A stretch of 53,844 nucleotides of DNA from Bryobacterales bacterium (GTDB lineage: Bacteria > Acidobacteriota > Terriglobia > Bryobacterales > UBA6623). The translations under genes and the position numbers were made by a program. Within the stretch, counting starts at the first letter, position 1. The number at the start of each line of letters is the position of its first letter. This document shows positions 8,957-18,037 of this stretch, one piece after another. The notes under the pieces are model-generated. The model was not told the origin of the DNA. It did no database searches and saw only the letters and a list, made by a program, of their open reading frames with translations. The stretch lies in assembly GCA_040902925.1 (NCBI GenBank), contig JBBDWJ010000014.1, forward strand, positions 1 through 53,844, in the 5' to 3' direction.

Positions 8957-9862
8957 CTAGGTTTTCGCGGCGTGCCGGGTCAACGAACCCAGGTGCTGCG
9001 GGGCTACAGACCCAGGGGTCGGGATCGCGCCGGGGAGCTTGCACTCGTGGCGGAGAAGAGCCTGCCGTTCCTGTTGGGAATAGGCGCGATTCCGCCGCGC
9101 CAGATCCTCAAAGTCGACCTGGTGAGCGTCAAACTCTGGTCCTTCAACACAGGCGAACCGCGTGACGCCTCCCACGGCGACGCGGCAGCCGCCACACATG
9201 CCGATGCCGTCGATCATGATGGGGTTCAGACTCGCGACGGTGGGGACCTGCCAATCGCGGGTGACCTCAGCGGCAGCCTGCATCATGCGCACCGGGCCGA
9301 CCAGGTGAACCAGGTCGGGTGGAGAGTATTGCGCCTGATACCAGGCTTGCATCAACTCGACGACGTTGCCGTGGAAGCCAAACGATCCATCCTCTGTCGC
9401 CCAAGCCGACTCGCTTGTTGAAGACTCGATCTCCCCGCGCAGAATGATGGACCGTTGAGAGCGCGCGCCGCACAGCGCCGTCCCTTTGTTCCCGGCAGCC
9501 TGCATGGCTCGAATCACCGGCAGAAGGGCGGCAACGCCGATTCCTCCCGCCACGCCGAGGACGTGCCCCACCTTCTCAACCCGAGTCGGCTCGCCCAGCG
9601 GTCCGAGAACGTCGAGAATGAGATCGCCGTCCGCCAGACTGGCAATTGTCTGCGTTGTCTTGCCGGCGGCCTGCACCACGAGGGTGATGACTCCCCGGTT
9701 GCGATCCGCATCAACGATGGTCAGCGGAATTCTTTCGCTATGCGCCGTGGGCCGTAGGATGACGAATTGGCCTGCCTTACAGCGCGCCGCGATTCCTGCC
9801 GCCTCGACTTCCAACAGAATCGTGCCCGGAGCCAACACCTTTGTCGCCAGGAGGCGGTTCAT
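8957..9862 (-). CDS. nfnA: NfnA/SudB-like FAD/NAD-binding [2Fe-2S] subunit
   Basis: GQFVIL, ERIPLTI, DVLGPLG, GGIGVA, MIDGIGMCGGCRV...CVEGPEF (Asp + 3 Cys [2Fe-2S]). Overlaps the upstream gene by 4 bp. Confidence 0.85.
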   Translation of the reverse strand: MNRLLATKVLAPGTILLEVEAAGIAARCKAGQFVILRPTAHSERIPLTIVDADRNRGVITLVVQAAGKTTQTIASLADGDLILDVLGPLGEPTRVEKVGHVLGVAGGIGVAALLPVIRAMQAAGNKGTALCGARSQRSIILRGEIESSTSESAWATEDGSFGFHGNVVELMQAWYQAQYSPPDLVHLVGPVRMMQAAAEVTRDWQVPTVASLNPIMIDGIGMCGGCRVAVGGVTRFACVEGPEFDAHQVDFEDLARRNRAYSQQERQALLRHECKLPGAIPTPGSVAPQHLGSLTRHAAKT

Positions 9863-11307
9863 CGTTGCTTCTCCTCGGGCTGCTCGGCGATGGCTTTCCC
9901 ATGGCCGGGTTCACAACGCAAGGCCCGATCGATCGCCAGGGCAGCCGCATGCCCGTCGAGCATCGCCAGAACCACCGTCGAGCCGCCTCGAACGACGTCT
10001 CCGCCCGCGTAGACGCCGGGCAGATTGGTTTTGCCCAGTTCATCGACGACGATTCGGCCGTTCCGCGTGAGCAGTTGCGGCGTGGCACGCTGGAGTGTTG
10101 GGTTCGGCGCCTGCCCGACCGCAACGATTGCCGTGTCCACAGGGATTCGGTACTCCGATGCGGCAATCGGGACGGGGGAAGGCCTCCCGGAACCGTCCGG
10201 CTTGTCGAGGCGCATTCGAATGCATTCGACTTCGCGGATTCGCCCTTCGGCGTCGCCCAGGAACCTTACTGGCGCGGCCAGGAACTCAAAGCGAACACCC
10301 TCCTGCTCGGCCAGCTCGACCTCCTCCGCCCGGGCGCGCAGTTCGGCGCGTCCACGGCGAAACACGACCGTGGTTTCGCTGCCAAAGCGGCGCGCCCAGC
10401 GGGCGGCGTCCAGCGCCGAATTTCCGCCGCCGATGACGATTGTCCGATTGCCCACAATGACTGGCGTTCCCTCCACCGGAAAATCGTAGGCGCGCATCAG
10501 GTTCGTCCGCGTCAGGAACTCGTTCGCCGTGTAGACGCCGACAAGGTTCTCTCCCGGGATCTTCAGCAAGTAAGGTAGCCCCGCTCCGGCGCCGAGAAAC
10601 ACGGCCTTATATCCTTGGTCGAAAAGCTCGTCAATCGTGGCGGTGTTCCCAACCAGGAAGTTCGTGGCGAACTCGACGCCAAGTTGGTCCAGGCGCGCAA
10701 TCTCCCCCTCGATAACATCCGGTGGCAGTCGAAATGGAGGGATGCCGTAGGAAAGCACGCCGCCCAACCGGTGAAGCGCTTCGAAAACGGTGACCCGATA
10801 GCCCAGCCGGTTCAACTCATAGGCGGCCATCAGAGAGGCGGGGCCGCTGCCGACCAGAGCGACGCGCGGCCCTTCCGGAAGACGCCGGGCGTGCTCCATC
10901 GGACCGCTGGGCGACGGCTGGTGATCGGCGACGAAGCGCTCCAGTAGACCGATCGCGACCGGCTCGCGTTTCTTCCCCAACAGGCACGCCTTTTCGCAGA
11001 ACACTTCGTGCTGGCAGACTCGCCCGCAGATCCCGGGAAAAGGGTTACTTCGGGTGATGGACTGGAAAGCCGTCATGAGATCACCCTCGGTCAGCGACGC
11101 GATGAAACCCTTGATATCCACGTGCAGAGGGCAGGCGTCCACGCAGGCCGCATGCTTGCAGTTCAAGCAGCGCAGGGCTTCTGTTTCAACCTGCTCCAGC
11201 GTCAGGCCCTGGCAGACCTCGTCGTGACACGCCAGCCGCGTTTCCATCGGGAGCAGCCCCGGCCGTTGCCGGGGCGCTTTCGGGTTTCTCTTGACTGTCT
11301 GTTTCAT
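9859..11307 (-). CDS. nfnB: NfnB/SudA-like GltD-family flavoprotein with two [4Fe-4S] clusters
   Basis: RCLNCKHAACVDACP, GRVCQHEVFCEKAC, GSGPA and GGGNSALDAAR Rossmann motifs, YAGGD. Start trimmed to ATG 11307 (uncertain). Confidence 0.85.
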   Translation of the reverse strand: MKQTVKRNPKAPRQRPGLLPMETRLACHDEVCQGLTLEQVETEALRCLNCKHAACVDACPLHVDIKGFIASLTEGDLMTAFQSITRSNPFPGICGRVCQHEVFCEKACLLGKKREPVAIGLLERFVADHQPSPSGPMEHARRLPEGPRVALVGSGPASLMAAYELNRLGYRVTVFEALHRLGGVLSYGIPPFRLPPDVIEGEIARLDQLGVEFATNFLVGNTATIDELFDQGYKAVFLGAGAGLPYLLKIPGENLVGVYTANEFLTRTNLMRAYDFPVEGTPVIVGNRTIVIGGGNSALDAARWARRFGSETTVVFRRGRAELRARAEEVELAEQEGVRFEFLAAPVRFLGDAEGRIREVECIRMRLDKPDGSGRPSPVPIAASEYRIPVDTAIVAVGQAPNPTLQRATPQLLTRNGRIVVDELGKTNLPGVYAGGDVVRGGSTVVLAMLDGHAAALAIDRALRCEPGHGKAIAEQPEEKQR

Positions 11308-11686
11308 TGCCGGACCGGCAGGAACGCCTTTCCGTCTCATCCAGGTTGATGCACTCCGCATGCCAACGCAGGTTCTTGTATAGGGACTGTCGTTGGTCTC
11401 GGAACGCCATCGCCCAACATCTTGGCGGTCCGGAAAGATGGGTGATGTCACCCAGGTGAACCCGGCTTGGCAGGGCGCTGGTGACGCCGCGAAGCGATCA
11501 GGCCTGATTCGCCTGAGTTTTGCGCCCGGAACGGGTCGTTTGCATCCTACGTGCAACCTGACTTGACGGACATAGCCCGTTTTCCAACAACGGGATCAGC
11601 CTCCTGTTCACACAGTGGGGAACCGTTGCGGGGAGTTGCTTCGCCGGCCCAAAGCCCGCTGGCGACTGACCATGGTGGCCTGAGAA

Positions 11687-14416
11687 ATGGGAGCGACAGC
11701 GAGCTATCAGCTAAGCCCAACCGAAGCCCTGGCGGAGTTGCGGAGCTTTCCGGAAGGTCTTTCGGATTCGGAAGCATCCGAGCGCCTGGCGATCCACGGC
11801 CCGAACGAGCTGCGGGAATTTCGCGCAACCAGCGTGTGGAAGATCGTCTGGCGGCAACTCAGTTCCATACTGCTGGTGGTCCTCATCGCGGCGGCAGCCA
11901 TTTCCGCTGCGTTGGGAGACCACGCGGATGCGCTGGCGATCGGTGCGATCGTGCTTCTCAACGTTTGCCTGGGTGCCCGTCAGGAGTACCGCGCCGAGAA
12001 AGCCATGGCGGCATTGCGAAAGCTGGCCGTCCCCACGGTGCGGGTTCGCCGCGGCGGCCACGTACGCGAGATATCCGCCCGCGATCTGGTGCCGGGTGAT
12101 GTGATTCTGATCGAAGCCGGCAACCGCATTCCCGCGGATGGGCGCCTGATCGAGAGCGCCAGTCTCCGCGTGCAGGAAGCCGCCCTGACCGGTGAGTCCG
12201 ACTCCGTCGAAAAGGCCGCCGAGGTCACCTGTCCCAAAGAAACGGAACTGGGGGACCGCCGCAACATGGTGTATGCGGGCACCACTGCTGTTTACGGCAG
12301 AGGGACTGCTGTCGTCATCGCGACCAGCATGCAGACCGAGCTGGGGCGCATCGCTCACCTGCTCCAAACTGTCGAACAGGAACCAACACCGCTCCAACGC
12401 CGGCTCGACCAACTGGGGAAGATGCTGGCGGCGGCGGCGCTGCTGATTGTGGCGGTGATTTTTCTTGTCGGGCTGTGGCGCGGCGAGGATCTGAAGGTGA
12501 TGCTTCTGACGGCGGTCAGCCTCGCCGTTGCCGCCGTGCCGGAGGGTTTGCCGGCGGTGGTGACAATCGCGTTGGCGCTCGGGTCGCAGCGAATGCTCAA
12601 GCGCCATGCGCTCATTCGCAAGCTCCCGGCGGTGGAGACGCTGGGCTCGGTTACCGTGATCTGCTCCGATAAGACGGGCACCCTTACCCAGAACCAGATG
12701 CGGGCCGAGATGCTGCACGTCGATGGGACGCGGCATCCTCTCACGTCCACTGAACCAGGAACCATCGAGGGAGCCCAGCAGAACGGCGCCGGCGCAAACC
12801 TTCCATCCTCCGCCGCGCTGCTTCTCTCCGCTGCCGCTCTTTGTAACGACGCGATCGCTGAGGAGGATCAACCCTCGGTGGGCGACCCTACGGAAGTGGC
12901 ATTGGTGGTGGCAGCCAACAGGCAGGGACTACTGAAAAATACGCTGGAACAAATGCTGCCGCGCGTGGCGGAGGCGCCTTTTGATTCTGACCGCAAGCGA
13001 ATGACAACCGTACACGCGTTGGCGGGCTCGACGGCTCCGCCTAACTGGCTTCGCGACGCTCTCAACGCGTTCGGCGAGCGCTCTGTCTCGCGTATAGCGT
13101 TCACCAAAGGCGCCACGGACGGCCTGCTGGAAGTTTCCAGCCATATTTGGCGGGAAGGCCGGGCGGAACTTCTCAGCAGCGAATGGAGGCGGCGGATCGA
13201 GGAAGACCACGACCGTCTGGCTCAAGAGGGCATGCGCATTCTGGGCGTCGCTTTCCGTCCCGTGGCTGAGGATGTTTGCGGCCCGGATGGGATCGAGCAG
13301 GGACTCATCTTTGTGGGACTGGTTGGGTTGCTCGACCCCGCCCGCCCCGAAGCGCGCGGCGCGGTCGAGGTCTGCCAGAATGCCGGCATCCGGGTGGTCA
13401 TGATCACCGGTGATCATCCTTTGACAGCGCGTCAGATTGGCAGGGAGTTGGGTATCGCCTCGGATGGCACTTTGCTGACCGGGCGGGACATCGAACGGTT
13501 GTCCGCCGCGGAACTGGAGAAAGTCGCCGCGACAACCGCCGTCTACGCCCGCGTACAGCCCGAGCATAAATTGCGAATCGTCGAGGCGCTGCAAAGCCAG
13601 GGCCAGGTCGTGGCGATGACGGGAGATGGAGTGAACGACGCCCCGGCCTTGAAACGAGCGGACATCGGCGTCGCCATGGGCATCACCGGGACCGACGTTG
13701 CGAAAGAGGCTTCCGGCATGGTTCTGCAGGACGACAACTTTGCTACCGTCGTGGCGGCTATTGAAGAGGGCAGAATCATCTTCGACAACATTCGCAAATT
13801 CATCCGGTACATGCTTTCGGCAAACTCAGGCGAGCTGTGGGTCATGCTCGCCGGGCCGTCCCTGGGGATGCCGCTGCCGCTGCTGCCGCTGCAGATCCTC
13901 TGGATGAACCTGGTGACCGATGGTCCGCCGGCTCTGGCGCTCGGCGTCGAGCGCGCCGAGCGTGGTACGATGCGCCGGCCCCCTCACCCGCCAGGGGAAA
14001 GCGTATTCAGCCGGGGTCTCGGAGCGGATATCCTTTGGATCGGCCTGCTGATGGGTGCGACGTCGCTGCTGGTAGGCTTTCTGCCATGGCGCGAAGGCCA
14101 TGCGGCCTGGCAAACCATGATCTTCTCGACCCTCACGTTCTCGCAGATGAGTCTGGCCCTCGCCGTGCGCTCCGAGCGGGATTCGTTTTTTTCGATTGGC
14201 CCGTTCACGAACAGAACCTTGTTGGTCGCGGTTCTGTTGTCGACGCTGTTGCAGATCGCCGTCATCTATGTCCCGTTCTTGCAGCAGATCTTTCGGACGA
14301 CAGCGCTCTCCGCGCGAGAACTGACGATCACCCTCGCGGCCGGCACGGTTGTCTTCTGGGCCGTGGAGTTGAGGAAGTGGCGTCTCCGCCAGCGGCAAGC
14401 ACCGCCGGTAACTTGA
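11687..14416 (+). CDS. Cation-translocating P-type ATPase (P2A, Ca2+-type)
   Basis: DKTGTLT phosphorylation site, [25 protein letters not shown]. Confidence 0.95.
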   Translation: MGATASYQLSPTEALAELRSFPEGLSDSEASERLAIHGPNELREFRATSVWKIVWRQLSSILLVVLIAAAAISAALGDHADALAIGAIVLLNVCLGARQEYRAEKAMAALRKLAVPTVRVRRGGHVREISARDLVPGDVILIEAGNRIPADGRLIESASLRVQEAALTGESDSVEKAAEVTCPKETELGDRRNMVYAGTTAVYGRGTAVVIATSMQTELGRIAHLLQTVEQEPTPLQRRLDQLGKMLAAAALLIVAVIFLVGLWRGEDLKVMLLTAVSLAVAAVPEGLPAVVTIALALGSQRMLKRHALIRKLPAVETLGSVTVICSDKTGTLTQNQMRAEMLHVDGTRHPLTSTEPGTIEGAQQNGAGANLPSSAALLLSAAALCNDAIAEEDQPSVGDPTEVALVVAANRQGLLKNTLEQMLPRVAEAPFDSDRKRMTTVHALAGSTAPPNWLRDALNAFGERSVSRIAFTKGATDGLLEVSSHIWREGRAELLSSEWRRRIEEDHDRLAQEGMRILGVAFRPVAEDVCGPDGIEQGLIFVGLVGLLDPARPEARGAVEVCQNAGIRVVMITGDHPLTARQIGRELGIASDGTLLTGRDIERLSAAELEKVAATTAVYARVQPEHKLRIVEALQSQGQVVAMTGDGVNDAPALKRADIGVAMGITGTDVAKEASGMVLQDDNFATVVAAIEEGRIIFDNIRKFIRYMLSANSGELWVMLAGPSLGMPLPLLPLQILWMNLVTDGPPALALGVERAERGTMRRPPHPPGESVFSRGLGADILWIGLLMGATSLLVGFLPWREGHAAWQTMIFSTLTFSQMSLALAVRSERDSFFSIGPFTNRTLLVAVLLSTLLQIAVIYVPFLQQIFRTTALSARELTITLAAGTVVFWAVELRKWRLRQRQAPPVT

Positions 14417-14632
14417 GCGGCCACTTAGGCTCGACTACCGCGGCATGGATCGGAACCAGGAAATTTCATCCCTTGACGTACTCGCTCAGTGACGGCACTC
14501 GAAGCGTGTATTTCGAATACGTGTGGTCCGCAAACATTCCGTTCCGGGTCGTGACTGGGCTCCTGCCGTCTACGCTAATGTGCACACTTGCCAAGCACGG
14601 CGCGCAATCGTCCGACATGGTGGAGGTACACT

Positions 14633-15472
14633 ATGCCAATGCAGATGACACGCCGGCACTGGGCCCAGATCGCCGCCGCCGCGGCCGTATCGGGCTGCGC
14701 AACTTCTCAGGAGACGTCCATGCTGATCGACAGCCCCAAGGGCAACTTTCAATTCCTCAGGGGCAGCGGGCCTTATTCGTCGGGGGCCATCGCCTCGACG
14801 GGGTTCGAAGTCGTCCACGCGATCTTCAATCCCTTGCCGAAGCTGTGGGACGCCTTCGAGATCATTGAGAAATACCTGGCGGCAGCGGGACGGCCGATCG
14901 AGGCGCTGTGCGGCATGGAATTGCGCATTCCCCAAGCGCTTTCGGTCGAGGCATTCAATGAATTCAATGCGCCCTATATCGAGCGCTTGAAGCAATGGGG
15001 AACGCATGTGGACGGGCTGAACCCGGTGGCTCGCACCAACGTTTCGTTAGAGGTGAACCCTGTGGCGGAGCCCTCGGTCTATGGATTCTGCTACACGGCG
15101 CCTTCGGACTTCACGGGCAAGACCTTTGTCATTGCCGGCGCCGGGGAACTCCGGTCTTCCGCTCTTGCGGCAGAGGAAATCGTGAGCAGGGGGGATGTCA
15201 GCGCCGAAGGTCTCAAGGCAAAAACCGAGCGCGTTCTCGGCATCATGACGGAACGCCTTCAAGGCCTGAACCTGGCTTGGAGCGACGTTACGCAGTCGAA
15301 CATTTACACGGTGCACAACATTTGTCCGTTGATGGAGCCGACCATCATGCCGGCGCTCCACGAGGGCGGACGGCACGGGGTTCGCTGGCACTTTTCCCGC
15401 CCGCCGGTGCTCGAGATCGAATTCGAGATGGACTTGCGGGGCGTTCAGCGAGAGATCACTGTAAGCACTTAA
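14633..15472 (+). CDS. CnbZ-like (2-amino-5-chloromuconate deaminase / RidA-related) protein with possible Tat-lipoprotein leader
   Basis: PYSSG, LCGMELRIP, NPVARTNV, RPPVLEIEFEMD motifs. N-terminal TRR...AVSGC. GGAGG RBS before 14633; alternative start at 14720. Confidence 0.75.
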   Translation: MPMQMTRRHWAQIAAAAAVSGCATSQETSMLIDSPKGNFQFLRGSGPYSSGAIASTGFEVVHAIFNPLPKLWDAFEIIEKYLAAAGRPIEALCGMELRIPQALSVEAFNEFNAPYIERLKQWGTHVDGLNPVARTNVSLEVNPVAEPSVYGFCYTAPSDFTGKTFVIAGAGELRSSALAAEEIVSRGDVSAEGLKAKTERVLGIMTERLQGLNLAWSDVTQSNIYTVHNICPLMEPTIMPALHEGGRHGVRWHFSRPPVLEIEFEMDLRGVQREITVST

Positions 15473-15503
15473 ACCGAAACTTGGCCCACGGGAAATACCT
15501 GAG

Positions 15504-17123
15504 TTATGGATTGGGCTGCAGCAACGCGAACGCCACCACGTTCGACCCCGCCGCTACCGCCACATACTGCTTGCCGCGCACTGCATACGTAATCGGAGAA
15601 GCGCTGATGCGGGCGCCGTTGTTGAAATGCCAGAGCGGCTTGCCCGTGGCGGCGTCGAGCGCTGTCAGGAATCCCTGGTCGTCGCCGGCAAAGATCAGCC
15701 CTCCCGCGGTCGAGACCAGTCCGGCTCCGTAATGCCGCGAGCCGACCTGCTCGTACTCCCACTGCATCTTGCCCGTGGCCGGGTCGAGCGCGCGCACGAA
15801 CATGCGCCAGGGGTCGGCCGGGCTCTCCACATACCCCGTGCCCATGAATCCAAACCCGCCGGGCCGGAACTCCTGTTTGGCCTTGTAGCTGATGCCGCAG
15901 CCTTCCTTCACAGCCAGATAAAACCAGCCCGTAGCCGGGTTGTACGCGGGCGACATCCAGTTGGTGGCGCCCGAAGTCGAGGGGCACACCAGGTTGCCCT
16001 GAATGGTCGGCTCGACGCCGGGCACGCGAATCGGACGCCCCTCGGCCGTCAGCCCCGTCGCCCAGTTCAGCTTGTCGATGAACGGGCTGCCGTGCAGGAA
16101 CTCGCCGGTGACGCGGTCGAGCACGTAGTAGAAACCGTTGCGGTCGGCATGCAGCAGAAGCTTACGCGGCTTACCATCGAACGGCGCATCGATCAGCACG
16201 GGGATCTCGACGGAATCCCAATCGTGAACATCGTGCGGCGTGAACTGAAAATACCATTTCAGCTTGCCCGTATCCGCGTCGAGAGCGACCACCGACTCGG
16301 TGTACAGGTTGTCGCCCAGGCGCGCGTCGCCATCGAAGTCCGGCGCGGGGTTGCCGATGCCCCAGTAGAGCAGGTTGAGCTGCGGATCGAAGCTGCCACT
16401 CAGCCAGGTGCCGCCGCCGCCGGTTTTCCACGAGTCGCCCGCCCAGCTTTCGTGACCGGGCTCGCCAGGCCGGGGGATGCTTTCCCAACGCCAGATGCGC
16501 TCGCCGGTCTTGGCGTCGTAGGCGTCGAGCCAGCCGTTGAGGCCATAGTCACCGGCCGCAACGCCCATCAGGATCTTGCCGTTGATAGCGAACGGCGCCG
16601 CCGGCGAGTAGTAGCCGTCTTCGACCTCGGCAACTTTCGCCTGCCAGACTTGGGCACCCGTCCTGGCGTCGAGCGCGACGAGATGGGCGTCGGGCGTGCC
16701 CACGTAGACAAGGTCGCCCAGCACGGCGACGCCGCGGTTCGGCCCGCGCTCGATGACGACGTTCTGCGGGGGCGCGGACTCACGCGACCAACGCCAGATG
16801 CTGCGGCCCGTGCGCGCGTCGATTGCATGGACCTCGTTCGGCTCACTGATATACATGACACCGTCGACCACCAGCGGAACGGTCTCGAGCCTACTGCCGC
16901 TGGGCACCGCGAAAATCCAGGCCGGCGCCAGCCCGGCGACGTTGCCGTGGTCGATCTGGTGAAGCGGGCTGTGGCGCTGTGAGTCGTAGGTGCGGCCGTA
17001 GGTCAGCCAGTTCTGGTCCGGGGGATCGAGCAAATCGTTGTACGCTACCTGCCCGCTCGCGGCGGTGCACCACAGAGCCGCCGCTACGATCACCTCGAGG
17101 AGTTTTGGGTTTGGATTTCGCAT
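15504..17123 (-). CDS. Periplasmic PQQ-type alcohol dehydrogenase-like quinoprotein (acidobacterial type)
   Basis: Signal peptide, NWLTYG...QRHSPL.QI, Trp-docking propeller repeats (ALDARTG..W), GDNLYT, FQFTPHDVHDWD, TNW.SPAY. Confidence 0.92.
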   Translation of the reverse strand: MRNPNPKLLEVIVAAALWCTAASGQVAYNDLLDPPDQNWLTYGRTYDSQRHSPLHQIDHGNVAGLAPAWIFAVPSGSRLETVPLVVDGVMYISEPNEVHAIDARTGRSIWRWSRESAPPQNVVIERGPNRGVAVLGDLVYVGTPDAHLVALDARTGAQVWQAKVAEVEDGYYSPAAPFAINGKILMGVAAGDYGLNGWLDAYDAKTGERIWRWESIPRPGEPGHESWAGDSWKTGGGGTWLSGSFDPQLNLLYWGIGNPAPDFDGDARLGDNLYTESVVALDADTGKLKWYFQFTPHDVHDWDSVEIPVLIDAPFDGKPRKLLLHADRNGFYYVLDRVTGEFLHGSPFIDKLNWATGLTAEGRPIRVPGVEPTIQGNLVCPSTSGATNWMSPAYNPATGWFYLAVKEGCGISYKAKQEFRPGGFGFMGTGYVESPADPWRMFVRALDPATGKMQWEYEQVGSRHYGAGLVSTAGGLIFAGDDQGFLTALDAATGKPLWHFNNGARISASPITYAVRGKQYVAVAAGSNVVAFALLQPNP

Positions 17124-17132
17124 CGTCGAGAT

Positions 17133-17936
17133 CTAACGCGCAAGCCGTGTCAAATACGCCAGCAGGTCACGAAACTCCAGCGCCGAGAGACGGCGATCGT
17201 AGTCCGCGGGCATCAGCGAGCGGTCCGCGATTTCCACCCGCGCGACCTCAGCGACGCTTAACATGTGCAGCCGCCCTTCTTCGCTCAAGAGCTGATAGGA
17301 GAAGTTGTGCCGGTTCTTGAGCACACCGCTAATCCGTTCTCCTCCGTTGGTCGTGATCGTGGCCGGTTCATATCCCTTCGGAGGATGCGGCTTCGGCACG
17401 GTTAACGCCTCGCGCAACGCCCGCAGCGACAGCTTTGCCGCCACATCCGACAGATCTGGACCGAGCAGTCCGCCTCGTCCGTGGACCATGTGGCAGCGGC
17501 CGCACTCCGCTGGCCCCCAGAACAGCGCGGCGCCGTTTTTGCGGTCGCCATCCGTCGGCAAGTCGGCGGCCCTGGCCCGCAGGCTCCGGACGTAGGCGAC
17601 AATTCGCCAAACGTCGTCCTCGGCGAGGCCCGTCGGTGGCATGCCCGTGCCGGGAATGCCGTTGCGCACCGCGTCGAACAGCTCGGCGTCGGTACGCCGA
17701 ACATAGGAGCGCGCCGCGCCCAGAGCCGGTGCGCGATCGCCGACCGCGCCATCCACTCCATGACACACGGTGCAGGTTTCGTTGTAGAGGTCACGTCCGC
17801 GACTTACGACCTCGGCTCCCGCGCCGAGCGGATTGTTTTCGGCGCCGTACGTGGAAACGCCGCCGGCACTCAAGCAGAGCAGTCCCGCAAGAGAGAGGAC
17901 AGCGATCCTTCGGCGTTGTCGATTGAGCACCAGCAT
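17133..17936 (-). CDS. Dihaem c-type cytochrome with putative haem-binding C-terminal domain
   Basis: CTVCH and CGRCH, GIPGTGMP, GPDLS, SLMP. Signal peptide after ATG 17936; ends 9 bp before the quinoprotein gene. Confidence 0.88.
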   Translation of the reverse strand: MLVLNRQRRRIAVLSLAGLLCLSAGGVSTYGAENNPLGAGAEVVSRGRDLYNETCTVCHGVDGAVGDRAPALGAARSYVRRTDAELFDAVRNGIPGTGMPPTGLAEDDVWRIVAYVRSLRARAADLPTDGDRKNGAALFWGPAECGRCHMVHGRGGLLGPDLSDVAAKLSLRALREALTVPKPHPPKGYEPATITTNGGERISGVLKNRHNFSYQLLSEEGRLHMLSVAEVARVEIADRSLMPADYDRRLSALEFRDLLAYLTRLAR

Positions 17937-18037
17937 GTCTCCGCTACCGGAGATTATGCCAGGGTTGGTCCCTCGAGGCTTTCCTCGAAGGGACCGGCCC
18001 TCGTTTTGGACAGTACGACGCCGCCTAGTGGCACAAC

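Noticed and set aside
9859-11307. Glutamate synthase small subunit (gltD)
   Set aside because: No gltB nearby; coupling to an NfnA/SudB-like gene favours an Nfn/Sud-type complex.
15627-16982. 451-aa plus-strand ORF and similar long antisense ORFs (21621-22790, 31241-32374, 45170-46312, 52445-53464)
   Set aside because: Shadow frames of well-supported genes in high-GC DNA, with no independent motifs.
15504-17123. xoxF/mxaF methanol dehydrogenase assignment
   Set aside because: Lacks the vicinal Cys-Cys and xoxJ/mxa context; only family-level similarity.
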